IMG/VR virus record: IMGVR_UViG_3300006029_000080
Coordinates: 1-25,391 of that record
Direction: 5' to 3' (one strand)
Source: a virus
Taxonomy: Duplodnaviria; Caudoviricetes
DNA: 25,391 nt
A program made the position numbers and the translations under genes. The notes beneath the pieces are model-generated. The model made no database searches. It worked only from the letters and a program-made list of their open reading frames with translations, and was not told the DNA's origin. Below, piece by piece: positions 7,478 through 17,914 of this stretch (the stretch's first letter is position 1; every line of letters starts with the position of its first letter).

Positions 7478-9690
7478 TGGTTTATGAACAAACATTATAC
7501 AGAGTTGTTAAAGACCACATTAAATCTTCTGTAATTAGTAAAAAAAATCGTTATTCTAAATGGAAATACGGTTATAACAAAGAATACGATATTGTTGTAA
7601 TCAGTAAAACCGGAAAGATTGGAGAAATATATGAAATCGGCAGCGTAATGATCGCATTACCTAAAGCTGAAGACATAAAAGACTTAGGGGAAAATAAGTG
7701 GAAAGCCACTCAATATCCCAAAGTATTAAAAAAAATTAAAAGCGTTCAAGATTGGAATGCTTATCCAAATAGTTTTAAAGAACAGTGGCATCCATATATA
7801 GATGAAGAATTTGAAAGACGGGAAAAAGGTTTTTGGTTTATTAACAAAAATAAGCCTACTTACATTACTGGTACTCACTACATGTACCTGCAGTGGTCTA
7901 AGATTGACGTCGGATTACCGGACTTTAGAGAATCAAATAGATTATTCTATTTATTCTGGGAGGCCTGCAAAGCGGATTCAAGATCGTACGGTATTTGTTA
8001 CCTTAAAAATAGACGCTCTGGATTTTCATTCATGTCGTCGGGAGAAACAGTTAATTCAGCTACGATATCTTCAGACTCTAGATTCGGCATATTATCTAAA
8101 TCCGGGGCTGATGCTAAAAAAATGTTTACGGATAAAGTTGTACCAATCTCGGTAAACTACCCGTTTTTCTTTAAGCCAATACAAGACGGTATGGACCGTC
8201 CAAAAACAGAATTAGCATACAGGGTGCCTGCTTCTAAATTTACAAGGCGTAAATTAGAGGATAATCAAATGGCTACTGAACTTGACGGATTAGATACTAC
8301 AATTGATTGGAAAAATACGGGTGACAACAGTTATGACGGTGAAAAGCTAAAGCTATTAGTTCACGATGAATCTGGCAAATGGGAAAAGCCTACTAATATA
8401 CTTAACAACTGGCGAGTGACTAAAACTTGCTTACGATTAGGTAGTAGAATAGTAGGTAAATGTATGATGGGATCAACATCAAATGCTTTAGATAAAGGAG
8501 GTAAAAACTTCAAAAAATTATATGATGGCTCGGATGCATTATTAAGAAATAAAAATGGGCAAACTAAAACAGGTTTATATAAACTGTTTATTCCTATGGA
8601 ATGGAATTATGAAGGTTTTATTGATCAGTATGGTTATCCTGTGTTTGATACTCCAAAAAAAGAAACATTAGATCCACAAGGAAACTTAATTACAGAAGGA
8701 GTAATACAACACTGGGAAAATGAAGTTGAAGGATTAAAAGACGATGCCGATGCTTTAAATGAATATTATAGGCAGTTTCCAAGAACGGAGCAACACGCTT
8801 TTAGAGATGAAGCTAAACAATCTATTTTTAATTTAACAAAAATTTATCAACAAATAGATTATAACGAAGAATTAAAAAATTCTGCTATGGTTACCCAAGG
8901 TAATTTTCAGTGGGAAAACGGAATTAAAGATACTAAAGTAATGTTCTATCCAAATAAAAATGGTAGATTTTTTATTACTTGGGTGCCAGATCAAGAACAA
9001 CAAAATAACTTAATAATAAAAAATGGTATTAAATATCCTGGCAATGAGCATTTGGGAGCTTTTGGATGTGATAGCTATGACATTAGTGGTGTTGTTGGTG
9101 GTGGTGGATCTAACGGATCGCTTCATGGATTAACAAAATTTTCTATAGAAAATGTACCACCTAATCATTTTTTTCTTGAATATATTGCAAGACCTTCAAC
9201 AGCAGAAATGTTTTTTGAAGATGTGCTTATGGCTATAGTATTTTATGGCATGCCTTTATTAGCAGAAAATAATAAACCTAGATTACTTTATTATTTAAAA
9301 CGTAGGGGATATAGAGGATTTAGTATTAATAGGCCAGATAAAACATATAACAAATTATCATTAGCAGAAAGAGAAGTAGGAGGAATACCTAATTCAAGTG
9401 AAGATATAAAACAAGCTCATGCCTCTGCTATAGAAACGTATATAGAAGATTTTGTGGGAGAAAAAAAAGATGGTTATGGAGATATATATCTTCAAAGAAC
9501 TTTAGAAGATTGGGCTAAGTTTGATATAAATAATAGAACAAAGCATGATGCTTCTATAAGTTCAGGATTAGCTTTAATGGCCTGCAATAAGCATAGATAT
9601 AGTCCTAAAGGATTAACTAAAATTAAATCATATTCTTTGGGTTTTAAAAAATATAACAACGAGGGATCTACTTCAAAAATAATACAATAA
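7477..9690 (+). CDS. terL: Terminase large subunit
   Basis: Walker A-like LKNRRSGFS, Walker B LLVHDESGKW, coupling motif MGSTSN, nuclease FGCDSYD..AENN..HDASI. At 737 aa it matches crAss-like TerL size. Confidence 0.92.
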   Translation: MVYEQTLYRVVKDHIKSSVISKKNRYSKWKYGYNKEYDIVVISKTGKIGEIYEIGSVMIALPKAEDIKDLGENKWKATQYPKVLKKIKSVQDWNAYPNSFKEQWHPYIDEEFERREKGFWFINKNKPTYITGTHYMYLQWSKIDVGLPDFRESNRLFYLFWEACKADSRSYGICYLKNRRSGFSFMSSGETVNSATISSDSRFGILSKSGADAKKMFTDKVVPISVNYPFFFKPIQDGMDRPKTELAYRVPASKFTRRKLEDNQMATELDGLDTTIDWKNTGDNSYDGEKLKLLVHDESGKWEKPTNILNNWRVTKTCLRLGSRIVGKCMMGSTSNALDKGGKNFKKLYDGSDALLRNKNGQTKTGLYKLFIPMEWNYEGFIDQYGYPVFDTPKKETLDPQGNLITEGVIQHWENEVEGLKDDADALNEYYRQFPRTEQHAFRDEAKQSIFNLTKIYQQIDYNEELKNSAMVTQGNFQWENGIKDTKVMFYPNKNGRFFITWVPDQEQQNNLIIKNGIKYPGNEHLGAFGCDSYDISGVVGGGGSNGSLHGLTKFSIENVPPNHFFLEYIARPSTAEMFFEDVLMAIVFYGMPLLAENNKPRLLYYLKRRGYRGFSINRPDKTYNKLSLAEREVGGIPNSSEDIKQAHASAIETYIEDFVGEKKDGYGDIYLQRTLEDWAKFDINNRTKHDASISSGLALMACNKHRYSPKGLTKIKSYSLGFKKYNNEGSTSKIIQ

Positions 9691-12102
9691 ATGAATGTAA
9701 GTACAAATACTAATAGCCCATTTCCAGATCAAGTAGTAAGCGATGCTGAGAAAGCTACCTGGGAATACGGACTTCAAGTAAGTAGAGCTATAGAACAAGA
9801 GTGGTTTAATTACGGAGGAAGTGGTTCAAATCGTTACGCAACAAATTGGAATAACTTTCATAATCTACGGTTATATGCTAGAGGCGAACAAAGCGTGCAA
9901 AAGTATAAAGACGAATTAGCTATTAATGGAGATTTGTCTTATCTTAATTTAGATTGGAAACCTGTTCCTATATTATCTAAATTTTCTAATATAGTAGCTA
10001 ATGGTATAACTCAAAAGCAGTATGATTTAACCTCATACGCTCAAGACCCTGAGTCTTTAAAGAAAAGAACAGATTTTGCGGAAGACATATTGTTTGATAT
10101 GGTAACCAAAAATGAGCAAGCTCAAGCCTCAGAAATTGTTAAGGTAAATTTAAGCAGATCTAATATACCTCCAGAAAGTCTTCCTGAAACTATAGAAGAA
10201 AGAGATTTACACATGCAACTTAGCTATAAGCAAGCAATTGAAGTGGCTGAGGAGGAAGCTATTAGTACGGTTTTAGCAACTAATGAATTTGATCTTACTA
10301 AATCCAGAGTAAACCAAGATTTAGTAAATATAGGAATAGGTATTACCAAAACTTCTTTTAATCCTGCTGAGGGTATCGTAGTTGATTACGTAGATCCTGC
10401 TTATTGCGTTTGGTCTTACACAGAAGATCCTCATTTTGAAGATATATATTATGTAGGAGAAGTTAAATCTATAACTATTCCAGAGCTTAAAAAAGAATTT
10501 CCTAATATTTCTAATGAAGAATTAGAAAGAATACAAAAGATGCCTGGTAATCGAAGAATGATAAGAGGCTTTGAAAACTACGATTATAATACTGTTCAAG
10601 TATTATATTTTGAATACAAAACTTATACAGATCAAGTATTTAAAATAAAAAGAACAGATTCTGGCTTAGAAAAAGCAATCGAAAAAACTGATGAGTTTAA
10701 TCCTCCCCCAAATGACAATTTTGAAAGAGTTTCTAGATCTATAGAAGTTTTGTACGAAGGAGCTAAAGTTATTGGGACAGATATGATGCTTAAGTGGGAA
10801 ATGTCAGAAAACATGACAAGACCTTTAGCTGATACAACTCGTGTTGAAATGAGTTATTCTTTATGTGCTCCTAGAATGTATAAAGGAAAAATACAATCCT
10901 TAATAAGTAAATGTATAGGGTTTGCCGATGTTATCCAACTAACCCATTTAAAAATCCAACAAGTATTATCTAGAATGGTGCCTGATGGTATATTTTTAGA
11001 TATGGACGGATTAGCTGAAGTAGATTTAGGTAACGGAACAAATTATAATCCAGCGGAAGCATTAAACATGTACTTCCAAACAGGTTCTGTTGTGGGTAGA
11101 TCTCTTACTCAAGATGGAGATATGAATAGAGCTAAGGTGCCAATTCAAGAATTGTCTTCTTCCAGTGGAATAGGAAAGATACAATCTCTTATTACTGCTT
11201 ATAATTATAATATGCAAATGATTAGAGATGTTACCGGATTAAACGAAGCAAGAGATGGATCTTTACCTGATGCAGATTCTTTAGTTGGCTTACAAAAAAT
11301 GGCAGCTAATGCTTCTAATGTAGCTACTAAACACATTCAAGATGCTAGTCTTTTCTTAGCTTTGAGTACTTGTGAAAATATTTCTTTAAAAATAGCTGAT
11401 GTATTAAATTTCCCTCTTACTAAGAATTCTTTAATGAACAGTATATCTACATTTAACGTAGAAACACTAAGAGAAATAGAAAATTTAAATCTTCATGACT
11501 TTGGAATATATTTAGAAATGGAACCAGACGACGAAGAAAAAGCTGAATTAGCAGCCAACATAAATGCTTCATTGCAACAAGGTAGTATTGATATAGAGGA
11601 TGCTATCGATATACGTGAGATTAAAAATCTTAAGCTCGCTAATCAAATGTTAAAGCTCAAGCGTAAGAAAAAATTAGAAAGAGAACAAGCGGTAGCACAG
11701 CAAAACATACAAGCTCAAGCAGAAGCAAATGCTCAAGCCTCTGAAAAAGCCGCAATGGCGGAAGTGCAAAAACAACAAGCTCTTACGTCTGAAAAAGTTG
11801 CTATAGAACAAGCTAAGTCCCAATTTGAAATACAAAGAATGGAAAGGGAAGCTCAAATAAAGAAGCAATTAATGGCAACAGAATTTGAATATAACATGCA
11901 ATTAGCCCAAGCTCAGTTAGGCGCTACTAAACAAAAAGAAGCGGAAATAGAAGATAGAAAAGACAAAAGGGTAAAGATACAAGGAACTCAACAAAGCGAA
12001 TTAATACAACAAAGACAAACAGAAGGCATGCCTAAAAACTTTGAATCACAAGGCAATGACGTAATGGGAGGATTTGACTTATCATCATTTGATCCTAGCT
12101 AA
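9691..12102 (+). CDS. Portal protein
   Basis: 803 aa directly after terL. Helical body (LDWKPVPILSKF, IRDVTGLNEARDG) and a long Gln/Ala/Glu coiled-coil C-terminus like a podovirus portal barrel. Confidence 0.85.
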   Translation: MNVSTNTNSPFPDQVVSDAEKATWEYGLQVSRAIEQEWFNYGGSGSNRYATNWNNFHNLRLYARGEQSVQKYKDELAINGDLSYLNLDWKPVPILSKFSNIVANGITQKQYDLTSYAQDPESLKKRTDFAEDILFDMVTKNEQAQASEIVKVNLSRSNIPPESLPETIEERDLHMQLSYKQAIEVAEEEAISTVLATNEFDLTKSRVNQDLVNIGIGITKTSFNPAEGIVVDYVDPAYCVWSYTEDPHFEDIYYVGEVKSITIPELKKEFPNISNEELERIQKMPGNRRMIRGFENYDYNTVQVLYFEYKTYTDQVFKIKRTDSGLEKAIEKTDEFNPPPNDNFERVSRSIEVLYEGAKVIGTDMMLKWEMSENMTRPLADTTRVEMSYSLCAPRMYKGKIQSLISKCIGFADVIQLTHLKIQQVLSRMVPDGIFLDMDGLAEVDLGNGTNYNPAEALNMYFQTGSVVGRSLTQDGDMNRAKVPIQELSSSSGIGKIQSLITAYNYNMQMIRDVTGLNEARDGSLPDADSLVGLQKMAANASNVATKHIQDASLFLALSTCENISLKIADVLNFPLTKNSLMNSISTFNVETLREIENLNLHDFGIYLEMEPDDEEKAELAANINASLQQGSIDIEDAIDIREIKNLKLANQMLKLKRKKKLEREQAVAQQNIQAQAEANAQASEKAAMAEVQKQQALTSEKVAIEQAKSQFEIQRMEREAQIKKQLMATEFEYNMQLAQAQLGATKQKEAEIEDRKDKRVKIQGTQQSELIQQRQTEGMPKNFESQGNDVMGGFDLSSFDPS

Positions 12103-12134
12103 ATAAGTATTTAATAATTATATAATATTATATC

Positions 12135-13280
12135 ATGAATGAACAAACAAAAACGGAGGGATCTTTTAAGATCCAGTCCAAGCCAAAGCTAACTGATGAA
12201 CAGTTGGCTGCAAAAAACAAGGAACCTTTAATAGATGTTCCAAGTAATGTAACTAGAGTAGTAATTCCTAAAGAAAAAAAAGATGCCAATCCAGAGCCAA
12301 GCGCAGGCGGTGTGGTTAATGATGAACGAGCCGAAGATATTCAAAAAGTGGAGGAAGGAATACCCGAGCCAGTCATTAAAGAAATTACCGAAGAAGAAGA
12401 AGAAAAAGAAATAAAAGCTGAAGAACCGGTAGCGGAATCTCAACCTATTCAAAATGATTTGCCAGAAAATATAAACAAACTGGTAGACTTTATGAAGGAA
12501 ACCGGGGGGACTATGCAGGATTACATTAGGCTCAATACAAATTATGAAGATGTTGATAGAGATGCCTTAGTAAAAGAATATTATAAAAGCACTAAACCTC
12601 ATTTGTCGCAAGAAGAAATTGATTTTATGATCGAAGACACTTTCGCATTTGATGAAGATATTGATGAAGAGCGAGACATCAAAAGAAAAAAACTCGCATA
12701 CAAAGAAGAGGTTTCGAAAGCCCGTAAGTTTTTAGAAGATACTAAAGAAAAATATTATGATGACATCAAGTTGAAGTCACCTAGTCTTTCTGAGGATCAA
12801 CAAAAGGCATCGGACTTTTTTAATCGATATAAGGAGGACCAGGAAAGAAACTCCCAAAATCATGAGAAGTTTAAAACCCAAACTGAACAATTATTTAATA
12901 AAGATTTCGAAGGTTTCGATTTCGATTTAGGAGAAAAAAAGTTTAGATATGGAGTTCAAAATGCCGCTCAAGTGGGAGAAAAACAATCGGACATCGGTAA
13001 TTTCATAGGGAAGTTCCTTGGGGAAGATGGCACGGTTAAAGATACTAAAGGGTATCACAAGGCTTTATACGCAGGAGCAAATGCTGATAAAATAGCAAAT
13101 CACTTCTACGAACAAGGCAAAGCAGATGCTATTAGAGATGTTGTAAACAAATCTAATAACACATCTACGGAAGCTAGAAAAGCGGCACCTGTTGAAAGTG
13201 CTCGTTTCGGTGCATATAAAGTCAAATCAATTTCTGGAGCGGACTCCGCAAAACTAAAAATTAAAAAGTTTAAAAACTAA
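12135..13280 (+). CDS. Acidic scaffold-like protein
   Basis: Lies between portal and MCP. Glu-rich disordered N-terminus, helical core, basic C-terminal tip (KLKIKKFKN). Confidence 0.65.
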   Translation: MNEQTKTEGSFKIQSKPKLTDEQLAAKNKEPLIDVPSNVTRVVIPKEKKDANPEPSAGGVVNDERAEDIQKVEEGIPEPVIKEITEEEEEKEIKAEEPVAESQPIQNDLPENINKLVDFMKETGGTMQDYIRLNTNYEDVDRDALVKEYYKSTKPHLSQEEIDFMIEDTFAFDEDIDEERDIKRKKLAYKEEVSKARKFLEDTKEKYYDDIKLKSPSLSEDQQKASDFFNRYKEDQERNSQNHEKFKTQTEQLFNKDFEGFDFDLGEKKFRYGVQNAAQVGEKQSDIGNFIGKFLGEDGTVKDTKGYHKALYAGANADKIANHFYEQGKADAIRDVVNKSNNTSTEARKAAPVESARFGAYKVKSISGADSAKLKIKKFKN

Positions 13281-13285
13281 TAGAA

Positions 13286-14749
13286 ATGAGTTTATTACCA
13301 CAATTTGGGAGTATAATCCCATCACAAACGCAGCAATTGCTTGCGACAAATTATTTACAATGGAACAACAACGGCGGAGGTGCTGGGGTTCCAGGAAACT
13401 TTGCTGACTTTGCTCAGCAGTATTTACCAGAAATCTACGAAGCAGAAGTAGAGCGTTATGGAAACAGAACGTTATCTGGATTTTTAAGAATGGTTGGTGC
13501 TGAAATGCCAATGACATCTGATCAAGTTATTTGGTCTGAACAAAACAGATTACACATCTCTTACGCTGGAGTATCTCAAGCTAACGGAGCTGGTACATTA
13601 TCTGTAATTACTCTTAACCCAGCTGCTACAGCAGGAGTTAGTAACGTAATTTCAGTAAATGATACTGTTGTTGTTTTAGATCCAGCTACTGGGCTAGAGG
13701 CTAAAGGTATTGTAACAGTTTCTGTACTTGGTGCAGCTGGAACAATTACTATTCAGCCATTTGCTGGAACAACTTTAACAACTCAAGGTTTTTCTGCAGC
13801 TGGATTAAAAGTATTCGTTTACGGATCTGATTATTCTAAAGGAACTACATTGGCAGCAGGTGGCGCAGGTAACTCTGCAGTACGAAATAGTGTAGAGCCT
13901 GTATTAACACAGTTTTCTAACTCTCCAATCATTATTAGAGATCAGTACGTTGTATCTGGATCTGATACTGCACAAATCGGATGGGTAAATGTAGCGACTG
14001 AAGACGGAACTGACGGGTACTTATGGTATTTGAAAGCTGAATCTGAAACTCGTTTACGTTTTGAAGATTACTTAGAAATGGCAATGGTAGAAGGTGAATT
14101 AAACGCATCTGCTCTTAACCCATTAACTCAGCCAGGAACACAAGGTTTATTTGCGGCTATTCAAGCTCGAGGAAACGTAGAAACTGGATTTACTGCGGCT
14201 CAAGGATTGACTGAATTTGATGCTATCCTTAAAAACCTTGATACTCAAGGAGCAATTGAGGAGAACATGTTATTCTTAAACCGTCAAACTGCTTTAGATT
14301 TTGATGATATGCTAGCAAGCATTTCTTCGGGAACTTCTGGAGGGGTTGCTTTTGGATTATTTGAAAATTCAGAAGACATGGCGCTTAACTTAGGATTCAG
14401 CGGATTCCGTAGAGGATCTTATGACTTTTACAAAACAGATTGGAAATACTTAAATGATGCGTCTACTCGTGGAGCTATCAATGGAGTTAACTCAATTGAA
14501 GGTGTATTAGTACCTGCTGGAACTTCAACTGTTTACGATCAAGTTTTAGGAACTAACATTCGTCGTCCATTTTTGCACGTACGATACAGAGCTTCTCAAA
14601 CTGATGACCGTAGAATGAAGTCTTGGTTAACAGGATCTGTAGGAGGTGCTAGTAATTCAACTCTTGATGCAATGGAAGTAAACTTCCTATCTGAAAGATG
14701 TTTGATTACTCAAGCAGCTAATAACTTTGTATTATTCAGAGGAATCTAA
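13286..14749 (+). CDS. Major capsid protein (crAss-like, HK97 fold)
   Basis: 487 aa in the terL-portal-scaffold-MCP order. Motifs QQYLPEIYE.E.ERYG, WSEQNRLH, GTQGLFAAI, FLSERCL. Followed by a strong terminator. Confidence 0.85.
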   Translation: MSLLPQFGSIIPSQTQQLLATNYLQWNNNGGGAGVPGNFADFAQQYLPEIYEAEVERYGNRTLSGFLRMVGAEMPMTSDQVIWSEQNRLHISYAGVSQANGAGTLSVITLNPAATAGVSNVISVNDTVVVLDPATGLEAKGIVTVSVLGAAGTITIQPFAGTTLTTQGFSAAGLKVFVYGSDYSKGTTLAAGGAGNSAVRNSVEPVLTQFSNSPIIIRDQYVVSGSDTAQIGWVNVATEDGTDGYLWYLKAESETRLRFEDYLEMAMVEGELNASALNPLTQPGTQGLFAAIQARGNVETGFTAAQGLTEFDAILKNLDTQGAIEENMLFLNRQTALDFDDMLASISSGTSGGVAFGLFENSEDMALNLGFSGFRRGSYDFYKTDWKYLNDASTRGAINGVNSIEGVLVPAGTSTVYDQVLGTNIRRPFLHVRYRASQTDDRRMKSWLTGSVGGASNSTLDAMEVNFLSERCLITQAANNFVLFRGI

Positions 14750-14762
14750 TAATTTCAATACT

Positions 14763-14797
14763 AAAGGCGAGGGCCTTCGGGTCCTCCCTTTATTTTT
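14763..14797 (+). terminator. Rho-independent terminator after the MCP gene
   Basis: AAAGG-c-GAGGGCC-TTCG-GGTCCTC-CCTTT-ATTTTT: a C(UUCG)G tetraloop with a U-rich tail. Confidence 0.9.
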
Positions 14798-14819
14798 AAC
14801 TATTTAATTATATTATATT

Positions 14820-15674
14820 ATGGCAAATAAAAAACCCGCAGCTAAAAAAGCTGCACCACAAGAACCAATTACAGATAGACTACCAGAAGTAGTTGCTACA
14901 AAACCAGTTGTAGAAACACCAAAAAAACCAACTAAACCTAAATGGGAAATTAAAGATAGGTTATATTACTTAATAGGTAGACACACTCCTCTTACATTAA
15001 CTATTCCAGGAAAGCATACTAGAAAGCATGCATTGTTGTATTTTGATGAAGAAACTGGAATACAAAAAGAAATTAGATATGCTACTAATCATGATTCGCC
15101 TTTTAAAAGCGAACAGGATGGTGAAGCTACATTAGGACATATCATGTTTAGAGATGGGGATTTAAGAGTTCCTAAAACACAACAAAATTTACAAAAACTT
15201 CTTTCATTGTATCATCCGTTAAAAGGCAGAATTTACGAGGAATATGATCCGGTTGAAGAAGCTTACGATGATTTAGAATTACTTGATCTGCAAACTGATG
15301 CAGCAGTATTTGCTAGAGATATGGATATTGACGATGCCGAGGCTATACTAAGAGTTGAAATGGGTAATGCAGTAAACAATTTATCTTCTAAAGAAATTAA
15401 AAGAGATTTAAGATTGTTTGCAAATAACAACCCTGAATTATTTTTAGAATTAGCTCAAGATGAGAATGTAGGGCTTAGAAATGTAGCAATAAAAGCTACA
15501 GAAGCGAGTATAATTACTTTGTCTCAAGATCAAAGAACTTTTTCTTGGACATCTAATGGTAGAAAGCTAATGTCTGTACCTTTTGATGAAAACCCATACT
15601 CAGCTATGGCCGCATTCTTTAAAACTGATGAAGGAGTTGAAGTATATAGATCTATAGAAAAGAAATTTAATTAG
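14820..15674 (+). CDS. Conserved capsid-module protein downstream of MCP
   Basis: 284 aa with a Lys/Pro/Ala-rich N-terminal tail and a globular remainder. Position matches the conserved post-MCP gene of crAss-like phages. Confidence 0.65.
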   Translation: MANKKPAAKKAAPQEPITDRLPEVVATKPVVETPKKPTKPKWEIKDRLYYLIGRHTPLTLTIPGKHTRKHALLYFDEETGIQKEIRYATNHDSPFKSEQDGEATLGHIMFRDGDLRVPKTQQNLQKLLSLYHPLKGRIYEEYDPVEEAYDDLELLDLQTDAAVFARDMDIDDAEAILRVEMGNAVNNLSSKEIKRDLRLFANNNPELFLELAQDENVGLRNVAIKATEASIITLSQDQRTFSWTSNGRKLMSVPFDENPYSAMAAFFKTDEGVEVYRSIEKKFN

Positions 15675-15720
15675 TAGTTTTTTTTAAAAACACGTGATTA
15701 TATTATAGATGGTGAATTAT

Positions 15721-15754
15721 TATTAGCCGGTTTCTTAAGTGAGGCCGGTTAATA
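15721..15754 (+). promoter_or_regulatory. 14-bp RNA hairpin in the leader of the tail genes
   Basis: TATTAGCCGGTTTC-ttaagt-GAGGCCGGTTAATA pairs fully with 3 G:U pairs and ends 20 nt before ATG 15775. Confidence 0.6.
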
Positions 15755-15774
15755 TTTATAACAAAAGAAATAAA

Positions 15775-16692
15775 ATGGCAGTAAACGTAGATATAGTTTA
15801 TAAAACGGTGTTACTTATTCTTAACAAAGAGCAGAGAGGTAACTTATCACCAGATGAATTTAATAAAGTTGCAACGCAAGTTCAGCTTGAAATATTTGAA
15901 AGTTACTTTGATACATTAAATCTACAACTTCGTAGACCAGATAATGACACAGAATATGGCGACAGAATTAAAAATGTTGATCAAGCCATTTCTATATTTA
16001 AAAAATACGGAAACGCAACTTACAATCCTGCTGGTAAATATTTTACATTGCCTACAACAACAGGAGCAACTTCTGCAACACAAAACTTTATTGGGAATGG
16101 AAGTTCTTCATCATTTGCATTTACATCAATAACTTCTTCTCAATTAGCTAGCAGTGTAATATCCGTTACTATTAATGGAGTTGCAACAACCGCTTTTAAT
16201 ATTAGCGGAACTAATATAATATTTAATACAGTTCCAGCTAACGGGGCTGCAATAGTGGTTATAGCTACACCAGAAGACTTTTATAAATTAGGCACAGTTA
16301 TATATAAAGACAGTACAGAAGCTCAACTGGTACAACGAAATGAGCTTTTGTATATAAATACTACGCCTTTAATTGCGCCTACAACTACATATCCAATATA
16401 CTTATACGAAAATCATAAATTATATTTATATCCACAAGCTATTACATCGGATATAACAGTAAGTTATTTGAGAAAACCTTCTGATGTTATTTGGAATTTT
16501 ATTATTCCCACCGGCCAAAACTATTATCAATACAATCCTACAAATTCTATAGATTTTGAATTGTCAAAAACCGAACAAACTAATATAATATTAAAAATAT
16601 TACTTTATTCGGGTATTGTTATTAGGGATCCTTCGGTTATTCAAGTAGCCTCACAACAAGTTCAACAAGAAGTACAACGCTCAACACTATAA
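15775..16692 (+). CDS. Tail ring/adaptor-like structural protein
   Basis: MAVNVDIVYKTVLLILNKEQRG.LSPDEFN..A..VQ N-terminus and YLRKP..V.W..FEL C-terminal part, as in crAss-like ring proteins. ATG 15775 preferred because GTG 15739 lies inside the hairpin. Confidence 0.7.
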   Translation: MAVNVDIVYKTVLLILNKEQRGNLSPDEFNKVATQVQLEIFESYFDTLNLQLRRPDNDTEYGDRIKNVDQAISIFKKYGNATYNPAGKYFTLPTTTGATSATQNFIGNGSSSSFAFTSITSSQLASSVISVTINGVATTAFNISGTNIIFNTVPANGAAIVVIATPEDFYKLGTVIYKDSTEAQLVQRNELLYINTTPLIAPTTTYPIYLYENHKLYLYPQAITSDITVSYLRKPSDVIWNFIIPTGQNYYQYNPTNSIDFELSKTEQTNIILKILLYSGIVIRDPSVIQVASQQVQQEVQRSTL

Positions 16693-16695
16693 GAT

Positions 16696-17910
16696 ATGCC
16701 TAAACCAAATGGAGGTTTAATAACCGAAACTAATGCCCAGTATTACGCTGGAGCCCAAAAATTTATATCTGATGGTACTGGGATATTTACAACTACGTTT
16801 AACACAGATTTAGTATTTGCTTCTTCTGATCCAGCTTCTGTTGATTATACTTTAAATAATTTTGTTCTTTACACTAGCGCAACTAATATGCCGGGATCTT
16901 ATACCCGATATATATTAACTTTTACAGTTTTAGAAAACACTATAACTATAGCAGCGCCACCAGCTGCAGGGGTTTATGTAGTAGTGCAATTAAAATCAAT
17001 GGATGGCGGAAGTTATGGTAATAACGAAGCTATAGGTACAGCTGTACAAGAAAATTATGGTGAATACGGATATACTTCTTTAAACGACGTAATCAATGGG
17101 TTTATAGCTACTTATGTAGGCGAGCACAAATTGATACCAGATGTTAAAAGAACTGACGTTATATTTCATGCTAAAAGAGGATTACAAGAATTTAGTTATG
17201 ATACTTTAAAAAGTATAAAATCTCAAGAGTTAACTATTCCTGCAAGCTTAAGTGTTATAATTCCTCAGGACTATGTTAATTACGTTGCATTAAGTTATAT
17301 TGATTCTCAAGGAACAAAACATCCTATTTATCCCGCTAATAATTTAACTATAGCTCCTTATGAAGTTCCATTACAAGATGAGCCTCAAGGAGACCCAGTT
17401 CAAGATAACTTTGGGGATAACTTAGAAGGATCCTCTCAAACATTAGAACGATGGGGAGATGCTAATGATAATTTACTTAACGGCAATATTACTGTAGAAG
17501 ACTATTGGTCTTATGCTGGGTGGCTTACAGGCAACCCTTTTTATGGGCAAAGATACGGAAACAATCCTCAATACACTCAAAGAAACGGTTGGTTTAATAT
17601 GAATGAAAGAGATGGTACAATAGCCTTTTCTTCTAATTTAATTGATCGATTAATAGTACTTGAATATATTTCAGACGGTTTAGCTTATGAATTAGACGCA
17701 AGAATACCTAAAATGGCGGAGGATGCTTTATATGCACATATATTATATTCTATATTAGCATCTAGAATTAATCAGCCTGAGTACATAGTGCAAAGATTAA
17801 AAAGAGATAGATCAGCTAAACTGAGAAATGCGAAAATAAGATTATCAAATATTAAGCTTGAAGAAATAGTTCAAGTAATGCGAGGCAAATCTAAATGGAT
17901 TAAATCATAA
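16696..17910 (+). CDS. Tail tubular/ring-like structural protein
   Basis: SLNDVIN.F, KRGLQEFSYD, IPQDYVNYV, LEYISDG, IPKMAEDALYAHI, plus synteny before the muzzle gene. Confidence 0.7.
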   Translation: MPKPNGGLITETNAQYYAGAQKFISDGTGIFTTTFNTDLVFASSDPASVDYTLNNFVLYTSATNMPGSYTRYILTFTVLENTITIAAPPAAGVYVVVQLKSMDGGSYGNNEAIGTAVQENYGEYGYTSLNDVINGFIATYVGEHKLIPDVKRTDVIFHAKRGLQEFSYDTLKSIKSQELTIPASLSVIIPQDYVNYVALSYIDSQGTKHPIYPANNLTIAPYEVPLQDEPQGDPVQDNFGDNLEGSSQTLERWGDANDNLLNGNITVEDYWSYAGWLTGNPFYGQRYGNNPQYTQRNGWFNMNERDGTIAFSSNLIDRLIVLEYISDGLAYELDARIPKMAEDALYAHILYSILASRINQPEYIVQRLKRDRSAKLRNAKIRLSNIKLEEIVQVMRGKSKWIKS

Positions 17911-17914
17911 TTAA

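Noticed and set aside
9688-9693. In-frame TAA-ATG junction between terL and portal (also at 5039-5044), suggesting readthrough fusion
   Set aside because: TAA is the dominant stop, both proteins have normal stand-alone sizes, and tight packing explains it.
7477-14749. Introns or inteins in terL, portal or MCP
   Set aside because: The ORFs are uninterrupted, of expected size, and show no intein or homing-endonuclease motifs.
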